A DNA stretch of 41,395 bases, from NCBI GenBank assembly GCA_964574525.1, contig CAZNOE010000001.1, forward strand, positions 23,658 through 65,052, written 5' to 3'. Of this stretch, positions 1 through 10,028 are shown in pieces. The number at the start of each line of letters is the position of its first letter. Positions within the stretch are counted from its first letter, which is position 1. The notes under the pieces were generated by a model. The model was given only the letters and a program-made list of their open reading frames with translations, had not been told where the DNA came from and ran no database searches. The position numbers were made by a program, and so were the translations under genes. This DNA is from an uncultured Bifidobacteriaceae bacterium (GTDB taxonomy: Bacteria > Verrucomicrobiota > Verrucomicrobiia > Limisphaerales > JADLHS01).

Positions 1-1
1 G

Positions 2-2662
2 CGCTGTTATGCTCGCACTAGGGCCGAACAACATCACTGTCCCTTGCACCGTCACGTTGCCACCCGAGGTGCCCAGCAAGCCGGCAGTGTGAAGCTCGCC
101 GGTCACGTGAACCTTGTTGGAGATGGAATTATCGGTCCCATCGTTGAGATCATAATTTCCGACCGGGGACAACGCATACAGGAAGATTCTTCCGTTTTGG
201 GCGACGGCGCTCGAGGTTCGATTCGCGCTGGTGTCAATGCTGCCGACCTGGATGGTCGAAGCCCGGATGGTCATGTCGGAACCATTGTTGCCGCCGGGGT
301 CCTGGTCCGAGTTATCAATCTTGCCCGTGATGATCACGTTGCCGGTCGCGGTAATGGACGAGTTGCGGAATGAGACGTTGGAGTTCTGGACACGCATGTC
401 CATACGGGCGAAACTGACGTTCACAACATTGGTTATGAACAGAACGCGAGGCACGGAAGTGGAGAGTGTAATACCAACAATCCTGCCAGCACCGGTAATG
501 CTGTTGGTGCCACCCAGGTCGAGGGTAAACTGCCTCTTAGTGTTGCGGTCGTTGTAAATTTCGGTGTTGATGATCGCGCCGTCATCCATTTGTAGGTTGC
601 CACCAGTGAACACGAACTTGATCGAGTTCTTGTTGGTATTGCCATTGGGAGACATTTGAATCTGTCCTGTCGCCGTGATGCGCATCGCGATGGGAATGGT
701 ATAGACAGACGGGTCGGCGTCGGTGCCCGAGCCGGAGAGCGTGACGCCCTGGCCGGCGTGCTGATTCGCAACGCCATCCCAGACCTCGATACCAGAGATG
801 GTAATGGCACCAGGAGGATCTATCGTGATCTGCAACGTGGCACTTGCATTGCGAGTCGCATCCGCAACTTGCACACTCCAAGTGTTGGTTCCGACATCAC
901 CTCCGGCAGGTGTGCCTGACAGCGCACCATTGGCCGCGACCGTCAGCCAGGCCGGACCGCTGAGTTTGCTGAAGGTCAGCGCGTCACCATCCGGGTCGGC
1001 CGCGTTGGCCGCCAAGGTTTGGTTCCCAATCCCGTAACTCACGTTGACAGCTCCGTTCGGTTTGATGATGGGCGAAGCGAAGAACTTGGGAGCGCCGCCA
1101 ACCAGGATCTGCAGCGTCGCAGTGTTCGTTCCAGTCCCATCGGTGACGGAAACGACCCAGGTGTTGGTGAAGGTATCGTTGACGGTCGGAGTGCCCGACA
1201 GCGCGCCGTTGGCTGCAACATTCAACCAAGCCGGGCCGCTGACTTTCGCGAAGGTCATTGGGTCACCGTCCGCGTCAGACGCCGAATCCGCCAGGGTTTG
1301 TCCGGTGTAGGCCGTGTCCTGGAAGGCTTTGGCTTTGACGATCAGGTTCGTGTTGAACTTGGGCGGCCCGCCCACTCTGATTGACAAAGTCGTGATGTCA
1401 AACCGCACACCATCACTCACCGCCACGCGGAAGATATTCGTGCCGGAATCGTCATTCTGAGGCGTGCCCGTCACCGCGCCATTGGGCGCCACGGACATCC
1501 ACGCTGGACCGCTGCCTTTGGAGTAGGTCAGCGCGCCGCCGTCGGGATCAGTGGCAGTGAGCGAAAAACTATACGGCACGCCCGGCGCACCAAGAGGCCC
1601 GAAGATCGGATGCGAAGTGAAGGCGGGGGCGCTGCCTGGCGGAGTCGAGCCGTTCCAATTCACATCAAAGGCCGGCGTGATGCTGGCGCCCGCGATGTTG
1701 ATAAACAAATCTTTCTGGGGCGCGCCCAAGGTATCGTTGCCGGCCCTGACCGATAGTGTTCCACCGCTTGCCTGGTCCACCGAAAAGCCACCGTTGAGTT
1801 GCAGCACGACCGATTGCAACGTGATGCCGCCGCCAGTGGTTCCGGCGCCGTGAGTGGTGACGGAACCAGTCAGGATCAGCCGATTTGTGAACGTATTGCC
1901 CCCTGTGGGATCGTAATTGGATCCCGGGTCGAGTGCCTTCAACGTGATGTCGCCGTTCCGGGAGCCGCCGCCAGTTCTCATGGCCCGCGTGTCAACCGTG
2001 TTCAGGTTCAGCGATGCCGCCTTGATTGTCACGTTGGGAGCATTGTTGCCTCCTGTGTCGATATCGCTGTAGTTCACCGGGCCGGTAATGGTGACGTTGC
2101 CGGCAGCCTCGAGGTTTAACGCCGGCACATTCCCGTTCACATTCTCCACATGCAGGTCAATCGTCGCCAGGCTGATGTCCTGGACGGTTTGAATGGTCAG
2201 GCCGCGAGGTAAATAGGCTTTGTCGCCTCCTGCGCGCAAGCCGATGATCTTGCCCGCCCCGGTGATGTTGCCATTGGCCATATCCACAACAAAGTCCTGC
2301 TGGCCAGAGCGCGAGGGGCGCTGGAGATCAATGGTGGCCCCGTCATTCATTTGCAAGTTGCCGCCGGAAAACATAAACCAGACGGAATAGTCGTCATACG
2401 GATTGTTCCGATCGGCAGAGGCGCTGAGTTGAATGTAGCCATTCGTGGTGATGAGCATTCCTTCGGCTGGAATGGTGTAAATGAAAGGATCGAGACGGGT
2501 CCCCGAGCCGGAGACCGAGACACCGTCCGCGGCGTGAGGATTATTGGTTCCGTCCCACACTTCGAGGTTGGTCACGGTGACGAGCGCGGCCGTCGCCGAC
2601 CATTGAATGCCCAAAGCCATAGTGCCGGCCAGGAGTAGAGATGCCAGTTTGTTTTTTTGCAT
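2..2662 (-). CDS. Large secreted protein (partial, runs off the left edge): signal peptide, beta-helix-like domain, 3 Ig/cadherin-like (He_PIG-type) repeats, second beta-helix-like domain
   Basis: Absent from the ORF track because it has no stop in the window. Translated by hand from ATG 2662: MQKNKLASLLLAGTMALGIQWSATAALVTVTNLEVWDGTNNPHAADGVSVSGSGT...; repeats such as ATDPDGGALTYSKGSGPAWMSVAPNGAVTGTP. Colinear with the C-terminal half of 16087-21369. Confidence 0.88.
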   Translation of the reverse strand, partial: MQKNKLASLLLAGTMALGIQWSATAALVTVTNLEVWDGTNNPHAADGVSVSGSGTRLDPFIYTIPAEGMLITTNGYIQLSASADRNNPYDDYSVWFMFSGGNLQMNDGATIDLQRPSRSGQQDFVVDMANGNITGAGKIIGLRAGGDKAYLPRGLTIQTVQDISLATIDLHVENVNGNVPALNLEAAGNVTITGPVNYSDIDTGGNNAPNVTIKAASLNLNTVDTRAMRTGGGSRNGDITLKALDPGSNYDPTGGNTFTNRLILTGSVTTHGAGTTGGGITLQSVVLQLNGGFSVDQASGGTLSVRAGNDTLGAPQKDLFINIAGASITPAFDVNWNGSTPPGSAPAFTSHPIFGPLGAPGVPYSFSLTATDPDGGALTYSKGSGPAWMSVAPNGAVTGTPQNDDSGTNIFRVAVSDGVRFDITTLSIRVGGPPKFNTNLIVKAKAFQDTAYTGQTLADSASDADGDPMTFAKVSGPAWLNVAANGALSGTPTVNDTFTNTWVVSVTDGTGTNTATLQILVGGAPKFFASPIIKPNGAVNVSYGIGNQTLAANAADPDGDALTFSKLSGPAWLTVAANGALSGTPAGGDVGTNTWSVQVADATRNASATLQITIDPPGAITISGIEVWDGVANQHAGQGVTLSGSGTDADPSVYTIPIAMRITATGQIQMSPNGNTNKNSIKFVFTGGNLQMDDGAIINTEIYNDRNTKRQFTLDLGGTNSITGAGRIVGITLSTSVPRVLFITNVVNVSFARMDMRVQNSNVSFRNSSITATGNVIITGKIDNSDQDPGGNNGSDMTIRASTIQVGSIDTSANRTSSAVAQNGRIFLYALSPVGNYDLNDGTDNSISNKVHVTGELHTAGLLGTSGGNVTVQGTVMLFGPSASITA

Positions 2663-2892
2663 AGTGGTTAGAGGGTTGGTTTTGAATTTGTTTTACGCCG
2701 ATTTCACGCCAGCCAGATTTCTTGAACACTGCCTCGCGACAGACCGGATGGTGCCATACATTCCAGCGGTGTGTTCGTGGTACGAAGCAAATCTCGAATT
2801 CACAGAGCTTAGTTTTGTCGAGCTTACCTTGGTGGATCCAATTCAGTCCAATACCGCTTTCGCATTGGAACGATGCCTCAAAGGTATCAATC

Positions 2893-4161
2893 TTATTTTC
2901 CACGAGGCTGCGAAACGCGAAAACGATTCTGGAGTGCAGTTTTGTTTTCAAAATAGCGCCGAAGCGCGTGCGCCAGGTCGCCGCCGAGCGCGCGTGCGGA
3001 CGCGGGTGAGACCTCCTGGCCACCCGCGGTGGCATAAGGGATTTCCATCACCGTTGCGACCGCAATTCCCGGCAGATGACTTTCCCAGGCGAGGCACGTC
3101 GAGGCGATTTCTTCCTCGCGGTTCCAGCGCGCACCGGCAGGGAGATCGTGGCGCCCAAAGTAACGCAGGGGACCGCGCCCCTCGCGCTCGAGGATGCGCT
3201 GAAACACGTTCGCTTCTGCGGCCACGCTCGGGACCATGCTGCCGGCGAAAAAGATCACTTCCGCATCGCCCGGCCCATCTGCGGCTCCGCGCAGTTCCGG
3301 ACAGTGCAGGTCCAGGGCAAACCGGAGCGAGCCGTTTGGCCATTGGGCGACGAGGCGTTTCAGAGCGGCGACTTCAGGGTAAAGACTGACGCCTGTGTAA
3401 TCCTGCCAATGGTCATGCGGAGCGCGGCACTTTCCTTGATCTCCATCCTCAACACCATCCTTGTCCATGAACGGAACGGCCACGAGTTCGACGTTTTGCC
3501 GCAGCCACGCGCCGTCGGCATTGGGGGCCAGAACACTCTCAAGCAAGCCTTCCAAGGTAAAACTGGCAATTGACTCGCACGCATGGTGGCGGGCAGTCAC
3601 AAGAACGCGCAACGGCGGGTGTTCTTCCACCCGGCCCGCGCGCAACAGTTCGACGGGCCGGCTCTTTTTCGAGCTGCAAAGCCGACCCACCGACAGTGCC
3701 GGGTCGCGGGCGTGGCGACGCAAAAAACGATTCAGGTCGCTTTGCAGGTAGGAAGGCGCCACACAGAAGCGCGCCTCTGGGACCCGTTTCGGGAATGGAT
3801 ATTCGAAGTCGAAGCCGTTCGTCGTAAATCGAACCGTGTTGATGCCCAACCAAAACCAGGAGCGACCGCTGTCGTGACTGATCGCGGGCCCGCGCGAGCT
3901 GACGGCGGTGCCATTGGTAAAATGGAATGTCACGTGACGTCCCTGGGCATTGCGCGCGCGGAAATGCCAGTAGAACCAGTTCACTCCCGGGATGGTATCG
4001 CGCAGGTCCTGGCGCAGGTACACCTGGTTCGTCTCAAGTCTGTTGATCAGGATGTTTCCGCCGGGAAAACTGCCATCAACCAGGAGTTCGGTTTTCCCCG
4101 CGAAACCCGCGCCAGCCACGCTGAAGGCCAGCAGAAGAATTCGCAGCGCGGAGGGCTTCAA
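2893..4161 (-). CDS. M14-family zinc carboxypeptidase-like protein, secreted
   Basis: HxxE motif (ARHHACES), VPFMDKDG and a third ligand in LDLH; N-terminal domain with WFYWHF; signal-peptide-like start with TTG codon. Confidence 0.8.
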   Translation of the reverse strand: MKPSALRILLLAFSVAGAGFAGKTELLVDGSFPGGNILINRLETNQVYLRQDLRDTIPGVNWFYWHFRARNAQGRHVTFHFTNGTAVSSRGPAISHDSGRSWFWLGINTVRFTTNGFDFEYPFPKRVPEARFCVAPSYLQSDLNRFLRRHARDPALSVGRLCSSKKSRPVELLRAGRVEEHPPLRVLVTARHHACESIASFTLEGLLESVLAPNADGAWLRQNVELVAVPFMDKDGVEDGDQGKCRAPHDHWQDYTGVSLYPEVAALKRLVAQWPNGSLRFALDLHCPELRGAADGPGDAEVIFFAGSMVPSVAAEANVFQRILEREGRGPLRYFGRHDLPAGARWNREEEIASTCLAWESHLPGIAVATVMEIPYATAGGQEVSPASARALGGDLAHALRRYFENKTALQNRFRVSQPRGK

Positions 4162-4206
4162 GGTTAAGACTGAAGGAACGACAAAAACTCGTTCACGTGC
4201 ATTTCT

Positions 4207-5625
4207 TCAGAACTCACGATCCTCCCACCGCCCCGGTTGCGGCATAGGATACTTTCCGTCCGGCCCGAGCTGGACCGGGGCGGGTGAATCCATTGAAAAC
4301 TTGTCCACGCCGGGCGCGAATTCGTGTGTGTCGCTTAACATCTCGTCAAACGTGACGGTCTGCCCTGTGTGCACCGCTTTGCGACCCATCGCGACCACCA
4401 GCGCCGCTTCCGCCCCACGCTTCACCTCGTTAAAAGGTTTGTCCTGCCGGATCGCCTCGATCAAGTGGTCCCATTCCAGTTGGTAAGGGTTTGGTTCAGG
4501 CTGCGGAAAAGCCCATTCCATCTTGGCCCGGGAAACCTCCTGCCCTCGATAAATGCGGCACTTGGCCGGCGTGTGCATAAAAGTCGAGATCACCGCCATG
4601 CCTTTGGTTCCATGTGCATAGCTGGCAAATTCTCCACGGCATCCAGGCATGTTCCGCGAATTGAGGAACAGTTTGGTACCATCTCCGAAGGTGTATTCGA
4701 CCGAGTAGTGATCGAAATTCTGATCAACGGCGTCGCCGCGGTAGCAGCGGGAGCCCATGCCCTCGGCGCGGACGGGCCACGCGTCTTTCATCCAGCAACA
4801 CTCGTCCACGTTGTGCGCGACGTAATCATGAAAGACTCCACCACTGGCCCACATGAAACCGAGATACTTTTGCACTTGATAGAGCAATTCGCTCAGGTTG
4901 TCGGGCTTCGGACCGGTATCGCCAGCCGGGCCACCCAGTCGGTAGCTCCTTAAAGTCAGGATTTCTCCGATCTGGCCTTGCTTGATACGGTCGTAGAGTT
5001 CCCACCGCCCCTTGCAGTGGCGGCACATCAATCCGACGCCGACTTTGAGGTTCTTCTTTACGGACTGTTCGCCCAGTTCAAGCATTCTCCGCGTTGTGGG
5101 GCCATCGAGACTGATGGGCTTCTCCATAAAAACGTTTAGACCCTTCTCGATCGCATACCTGAAATGCACCCATCGGAAAGCGACCGGGGTCGTGAGAATC
5201 ACAACGTCCCCCGGCTTCAAGCAATCCATCGCTTTCTGGTACGCATCAAATCCGAGGAATCGGCGATCCGGCGGCACATCAACCTGTGCAGGTGCAAAGC
5301 CCCCCACCCGCCGCTCAATCCCTGTCTCGACTTTCTCAGCGGCACCTTTCAATGCTTCGTAGCTGGCGGAAAGCCGCTCCTTGAAGACATCCGCCATGGC
5401 GACCATCCGGATGGGTCCGCTTTGAGTGGCGAGCGCATTGGCCGCTGCTCCCGTCCCGCGGCCGCCGCACCCGACCAGGGCCACGTTAATGTTGTCACTC
5501 CCGGCGGTGTATCCGGGCAGCGCAATAGCCGAGGTCAAGGCAGTGGCTGCCACAACTTTGCCCGACGTGTTGAGGAATTGGCGACGCGTGGTTCGGTTGA
5601 GTTCCAGTGCTTCGGTTATGTTCAT
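4207..5625 (-). CDS. Gfo/Idh/MocA-family oxidoreductase with Tat signal
   Basis: TRRQFL twin-arginine signal, GCGGRG Rossmann motif, VFMEKP motif. Confidence 0.92.
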   Translation of the reverse strand: MNITEALELNRTTRRQFLNTSGKVVAATALTSAIALPGYTAGSDNINVALVGCGGRGTGAAANALATQSGPIRMVAMADVFKERLSASYEALKGAAEKVETGIERRVGGFAPAQVDVPPDRRFLGFDAYQKAMDCLKPGDVVILTTPVAFRWVHFRYAIEKGLNVFMEKPISLDGPTTRRMLELGEQSVKKNLKVGVGLMCRHCKGRWELYDRIKQGQIGEILTLRSYRLGGPAGDTGPKPDNLSELLYQVQKYLGFMWASGGVFHDYVAHNVDECCWMKDAWPVRAEGMGSRCYRGDAVDQNFDHYSVEYTFGDGTKLFLNSRNMPGCRGEFASYAHGTKGMAVISTFMHTPAKCRIYRGQEVSRAKMEWAFPQPEPNPYQLEWDHLIEAIRQDKPFNEVKRGAEAALVVAMGRKAVHTGQTVTFDEMLSDTHEFAPGVDKFSMDSPAPVQLGPDGKYPMPQPGRWEDREF

Positions 5626-5741
5626 CGGAATGAATTCAGGTCTAAAACTTCAGCCTTCGCTTCGGTCCCGGGATCCACGAGTGCGCTGTGGTCAAGCTGA
5701 CGCCATGGCTTCATGCCGGCTTTTGCGAACGATCCTCAACC

Positions 5742-6155
5742 TCAGGGCCGCACCCCGGCGTTGTAGAGTTGATTGGCCAACGCCGCCTGCGCCTCATAAA
5801 ACTCCTTGTTGACGAGGGCCGGGTTTTGCTTCGCAGCCTGGTGCACTTGCAAATACACTTTATGCACTGCCTGCACCTGTTCCCGGGAAAGATTGCCATG
5901 CGCCACGACGTTCGCCATCGGCCGGACGGCCTCGATATAATGTGATCTTTGGGTGTCAAGGTCTCCGGTCGCAGCGGCGTTGATGGCCGCAGCAGCCGCG
6001 CTCACCACCTGCTTGGTCGCGGGTTCGGCTGTTTTGAAATTCTGTTCCAGCACCTGGGTCGTTTCTGCCGCGCTCGGGCCTTTGTGGCCGCAACCGATGC
6101 CAGCGAACATGGCCAGCGCCGCTGAACCAATGAAGCTGAGTTTCAAGAGTTGCAT
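5742..6155 (-). CDS. Small hypothetical lipoprotein
   Basis: Hydrophobic leader ending AGIGC (lipobox-like), helical body; lies 44 nt downstream of the pseudopilin gene on the same strand. Confidence 0.7.
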   Translation of the reverse strand: MQLLKLSFIGSAALAMFAGIGCGHKGPSAAETTQVLEQNFKTAEPATKQVVSAAAAAINAAATGDLDTQRSHYIEAVRPMANVVAHGNLSREQVQAVHKVYLQVHQAAKQNPALVNKEFYEAQAALANQLYNAGVRP

Positions 6156-6199
6156 CGCATTTAATCAGATCAGTCTCCGCCAGCCGGTTCGAATTTCGG

Positions 6200-6967
6200 T
6201 CAAAACGCGGGTTTGAATTCTTCGCGTGAACTCGCCTCCGTGGCGATCCAAGGCACCACTCTGCCGGTCATGCTCACCAAACCGAAGTCCAGGCTGGTGA
6301 GTTTTTTGTACTTCGAATAGGACGCGTGCCCGTCGCAGAAAACGAGATTCCCGCCCTGCTCGTGAGCGTTGGACATGTACTCTCGTCCAGCCGCCTCGAT
6401 GTACGTGTGCCACTGGGTGTAGGTGCCCTGCGATGGATTATGCGCGGGTTCAGGTTCGGTCAGGAAAAGACTGCTGCGGATATTCGATTCCTGAAGCACG
6501 ACAACGCCAGCCGGATTTTTGATCGCTGAAAGTTTACGATCGAGCACCATGTGATTCGGATGGAGCCCTGCATCACTGACGGTTGTCGGAGGAAAGGAAT
6601 CGGATGCCTTCAAGGAGGGGCAGGCGTACACGCGCGTGGGGGATTGATTGTCCAGCCTGCTACCGAGATAGGGAAGCAAGACCTGCATGAAGTTGGCCGG
6701 CGCGAATGGACTGCCGAAGTCGGGCACATTATGCTCCAGCGGCAATTGGCCGTTGCTGGTGTCGTTGTAAAGGTTGTAGGCGAGGCCGACCTGCCGCATC
6801 TGGCTGAGGCATTGGGTGCGCTTGGCTTTTTCCTTCGCTTTCGACAGTGCGGGCAACAACATGGCCGCCAAAATCGCAATGATGGCGATGACGACAAGCA
6901 ATTCGATTAAAGTGAAGCCTCTCAAAGACTCTCGATTCTCTCTACTAAGTGCACATGGTTTCATCAT
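6200..6967 (-). CDS. Prepilin-type N-terminal cleavage/methylation protein with C-terminal H-X9-DG motif (DUF1559-like pseudopilin)
   Basis: [25 protein letters not shown] and [14 protein letters not shown]. Confidence 0.93.
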   Translation of the reverse strand: MMKPCALSRENRESLRGFTLIELLVVIAIIAILAAMLLPALSKAKEKAKRTQCLSQMRQVGLAYNLYNDTSNGQLPLEHNVPDFGSPFAPANFMQVLLPYLGSRLDNQSPTRVYACPSLKASDSFPPTTVSDAGLHPNHMVLDRKLSAIKNPAGVVVLQESNIRSSLFLTEPEPAHNPSQGTYTQWHTYIEAAGREYMSNAHEQGGNLVFCDGHASYSKYKKLTSLDFGLVSMTGRVVPWIATEASSREEFKPAF

Positions 6968-7080
6968 GGTGACGGGGCGCTTATTGATTTCCGAATCTTA
7001 CGCCCGCCGTGAGGCGCACGCTAATACAATTTTGGGATGGCCGCCATGCCACTCCGGCATGATGATTCGAAGACAGGACT

Positions 7081-9930
7081 TCATTGAAGCGGGAGCTTGT
7101 ACCGGCTCGTTTCGATTCTTCCACCGGCCACGGTCGTGGCGTGAATCTGAAACTGAAACTCGCGGGAAGCGTCGTCCACCGGAACGCTGAATTCGAAGGG
7201 ATAGTGTGTGTCCTCGATGCGCCTGGGGCCGGCAGCCGTCTCGAACTCCAACCCAGCGGCGGTGAGGTCGCGTTCCGTGGCCTGCAGGTACACATACGCA
7301 CTGGTCAGTCCGCGGCCCGCGCGGAGGGCCATCGCCTGCACCATGCCGATAGGCGTTTCCCATGCCGCGTGACTCAGAGCGTTCAAGCCGTTCACGGTGC
7401 CATCCAGAAATCGTTTCTGAACGCGCGGAGTAACTTCGAGGCCCTCCACTTCCAGCACCGTAATCCCCTTCGGCCCAACTTCTGTTGAGACACGCCCTTC
7501 GTGGAAGGTAGCGTCCTGTTTCACTTCGTTCTCACGCCACACTCGCACCCGGTAGGAGCGACCGCTGTTCCACGGCACCGCGTCTGGGTTTAACTGAATC
7601 TCTGCGCGCTCGCTGCGCGAGGATTGGTTCATGAGAATGAGAAACAGATTCGTACCTGAATACGCGGCGAGGTAATTGATCTGAATGGAACTGCACCGGA
7701 GCAACTTCGCTGGCATCCAGAGTTGGACATTTTTCGTTTCGTGAATGCGTCCCGGCCGGTGGCCATGAACGTTGAGCTGCAGGTAGGCGTAGCCGAATGC
7801 CGCCTCGGCCGGAAAATCAATGCCGCCGTGCGACCGATAAAAAGCCTCGGCCACCAGATAGTCGTACAGCAGCGCGATCTGCGGCCAAAGATGGTTGTAA
7901 TAGATCTCATTGTAATTACGCGGTCCCAGAGGCCGCAAAAGATAATCCGGACGTTGGTACACCGTCGCAAACTCACCATTGATATCGTAGCCTGGAAAAC
8001 TTGCGTAGCGACCCACCACCGCGCTGCGGCCCAGGTCAGCGAAGAAATCATCCTGGAGATAATGTGCCAGGCGCATAAAGTACGCGGCGTGCGGAGCCAG
8101 AAAGACCGCCTGATTCATGGAAAACGTCACAGCGGATTCCGGCGCGAGGCCAGCCTGCGCGACTCGCCACGCGGGAACGCGCTGTTCGCGTACCACCAGC
8201 GGTTCGTCGCGATCGGCAACGGATTCACCCTGCCTCGATTTTCGGCCGCTGGCGTAACCGCCGACGTGATTACCCTTATGGACCGTGACCGTAGTTGGCG
8301 GCGGCATGGGACTGGTCCAGATCACTGTCGCGAATTCGCGCGCCCCGCATGCCGCTGCTTCGAGGTAGCGTTGCTCGCCCGTTTCTTCGAAAAGATCGAG
8401 AAGGCTTTTCCAGTTGGGAAAGTAGTCGCTCCAGAACTGACCGCCTTTGGCAATCTGTGCGTCCGCAAAATTCTCCTGAGGGCCTTTGATCCGTTTCGTG
8501 ATGTACTTATCCGCCTTGGCGCGTGCGGCGTCCAGGTACGCACCGTCCCCGGTGGCGCGATAGAGCGCCAGCGCGTTTGGCCAGTCGTCACCCGGACTGC
8601 TCTTCCCAAGGTTCAGCACGCGCGGTGGCGCCTGGTAGAGCCGCCGCGCTTCGTCAAGCAACACAGGGCTGCGCTGGCCAGTCACGCTGAACATCGCCGC
8701 CAACTCGCCCGCTTCGCAGGCCGGACCGCGTAGAAAATGCGACGGCCCTTCATGGTCCTTGGTGTCGGCATGAGCAGAGAATCCGAACTTCTCGCGTGAA
8801 AGCAGATATTCCATCGTCGGCAACGCCCGCCGCCAATAGATGTCTTCGTCGTCCGTGATGATCGCCACGCTCAGTGGATGCAGCGCCGAAACGACCTTTG
8901 TGTTGCCGGCAATCTCAGTGCCATAATCAAAGCCGCGCAACTCCGCAAGCCAGCCTCCGTAGAGGTCGTTCATACCAAGCGCGATCATGTTCTCGATGGT
9001 GTCGTTCAGCGAGCAGGTCGCATTCACGCGATAATCCTGGAACCCACAAATATCGCGGGCGATGTGTTGGTACATCCCGAACCAATCGCCGCGCTGTAAC
9101 AAGACGCGAAACCGGAACTCGAAATGGTCGCCAGCTTTGAACTGCGATTCTGGCAATCCCAGCACTGGTGCGACAACCGAGGGTTGCACGCGGCACTCTG
9201 GATTCATAAGCAGCAGCCCGAACCGGGATTTCTCAAACATCGGCATCCGGAAAGGCGTCTCGCTCGGATCGACCGCCACACCCAACGAATTGCCGCCAGT
9301 GCTCAAGATCACCGCCGGCGTTGTCGCCATGTGCTCCAGCGAAAGGATCGGACCTGCCGGGAACCGTCGCCCATGCCACACCAGTGGTTGCCAGACATAA
9401 GAGACCTCCTCGCGTGGGTAAGCCGGCACGCCGCGATAACACACCGCAAACCATCCTTCGACCTTTGGCTCCAATCGAAAAGCAACCACCAAGTCGCGGG
9501 CGTTTTGCGCGAGTTCAACTTCTGCGCTGAACCGAAAAAGAGGATGATTCGGATAATGAAGGATGGCGTGTCGCCGGCTGCTCTCAATTCGGTCTGCGAT
9601 TACCGCGTGCCGATGCGCCGCTTCGAAAATGCTCGTCGTGCGCGCACCGTCCGTCTCACGTTCCCAGGCCGGAACTGAAAAATCATAGGCGGTAGGCTCC
9701 GCGCCAGGAGAAAGGGGACGCGGCTCCATTTTGATTTTGGGATTGTTCGATGCGTGGAGAATCTCAAACGTCGAGTCTAATTCGATCTGTGCGCCGTCAC
9801 TCGAAAACAACACATGGTCGTTGACGACTTCGACATGAGCTGTCCCTGTTTTCGCGGATGCGGCAGCCCGGATCAGGAGGGCAGCCAGGCCCAAGCAACG
9901 TCGGATAAGTCCCGGTTTGAAATTACGCAT
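7081..9930 (-). CDS. Large secreted hypothetical protein, possibly containing an alpha/alpha-toroid (glycosidase/lyase-like) domain
   Basis: Long ORF; likely start MRNFKPGLIRRCLGLAALL at 9930, since the longer start overlaps the DapA-like gene. Helical-hairpin motifs LYRATGDGAYLDAA and LFEETGEQRYLEAA. Confidence 0.72.
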   Translation of the reverse strand: MRNFKPGLIRRCLGLAALLIRAAASAKTGTAHVEVVNDHVLFSSDGAQIELDSTFEILHASNNPKIKMEPRPLSPGAEPTAYDFSVPAWERETDGARTTSIFEAAHRHAVIADRIESSRRHAILHYPNHPLFRFSAEVELAQNARDLVVAFRLEPKVEGWFAVCYRGVPAYPREEVSYVWQPLVWHGRRFPAGPILSLEHMATTPAVILSTGGNSLGVAVDPSETPFRMPMFEKSRFGLLLMNPECRVQPSVVAPVLGLPESQFKAGDHFEFRFRVLLQRGDWFGMYQHIARDICGFQDYRVNATCSLNDTIENMIALGMNDLYGGWLAELRGFDYGTEIAGNTKVVSALHPLSVAIITDDEDIYWRRALPTMEYLLSREKFGFSAHADTKDHEGPSHFLRGPACEAGELAAMFSVTGQRSPVLLDEARRLYQAPPRVLNLGKSSPGDDWPNALALYRATGDGAYLDAARAKADKYITKRIKGPQENFADAQIAKGGQFWSDYFPNWKSLLDLFEETGEQRYLEAAACGAREFATVIWTSPMPPPTTVTVHKGNHVGGYASGRKSRQGESVADRDEPLVVREQRVPAWRVAQAGLAPESAVTFSMNQAVFLAPHAAYFMRLAHYLQDDFFADLGRSAVVGRYASFPGYDINGEFATVYQRPDYLLRPLGPRNYNEIYYNHLWPQIALLYDYLVAEAFYRSHGGIDFPAEAAFGYAYLQLNVHGHRPGRIHETKNVQLWMPAKLLRCSSIQINYLAAYSGTNLFLILMNQSSRSERAEIQLNPDAVPWNSGRSYRVRVWRENEVKQDATFHEGRVSTEVGPKGITVLEVEGLEVTPRVQKRFLDGTVNGLNALSHAAWETPIGMVQAMALRAGRGLTSAYVYLQATERDLTAAGLEFETAAGPRRIEDTHYPFEFSVPVDDASREFQFQIHATTVAGGRIETSRYKLPLQ

Positions 9931-10028
9931 TCGAATTGCATCTGGAAGTTTGAGCCGCAGCGTCCAGCGCGACTGGAGCTGACTTTTCGGGCTCACAAGA
10001 TTTCCAAGCGGGCTGTCCCGCTGGTGGG

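Noticed and set aside
44-2638. Many short plus-strand ORFs
   Set aside because: Shadows of the real minus-strand gene at 2-2662.
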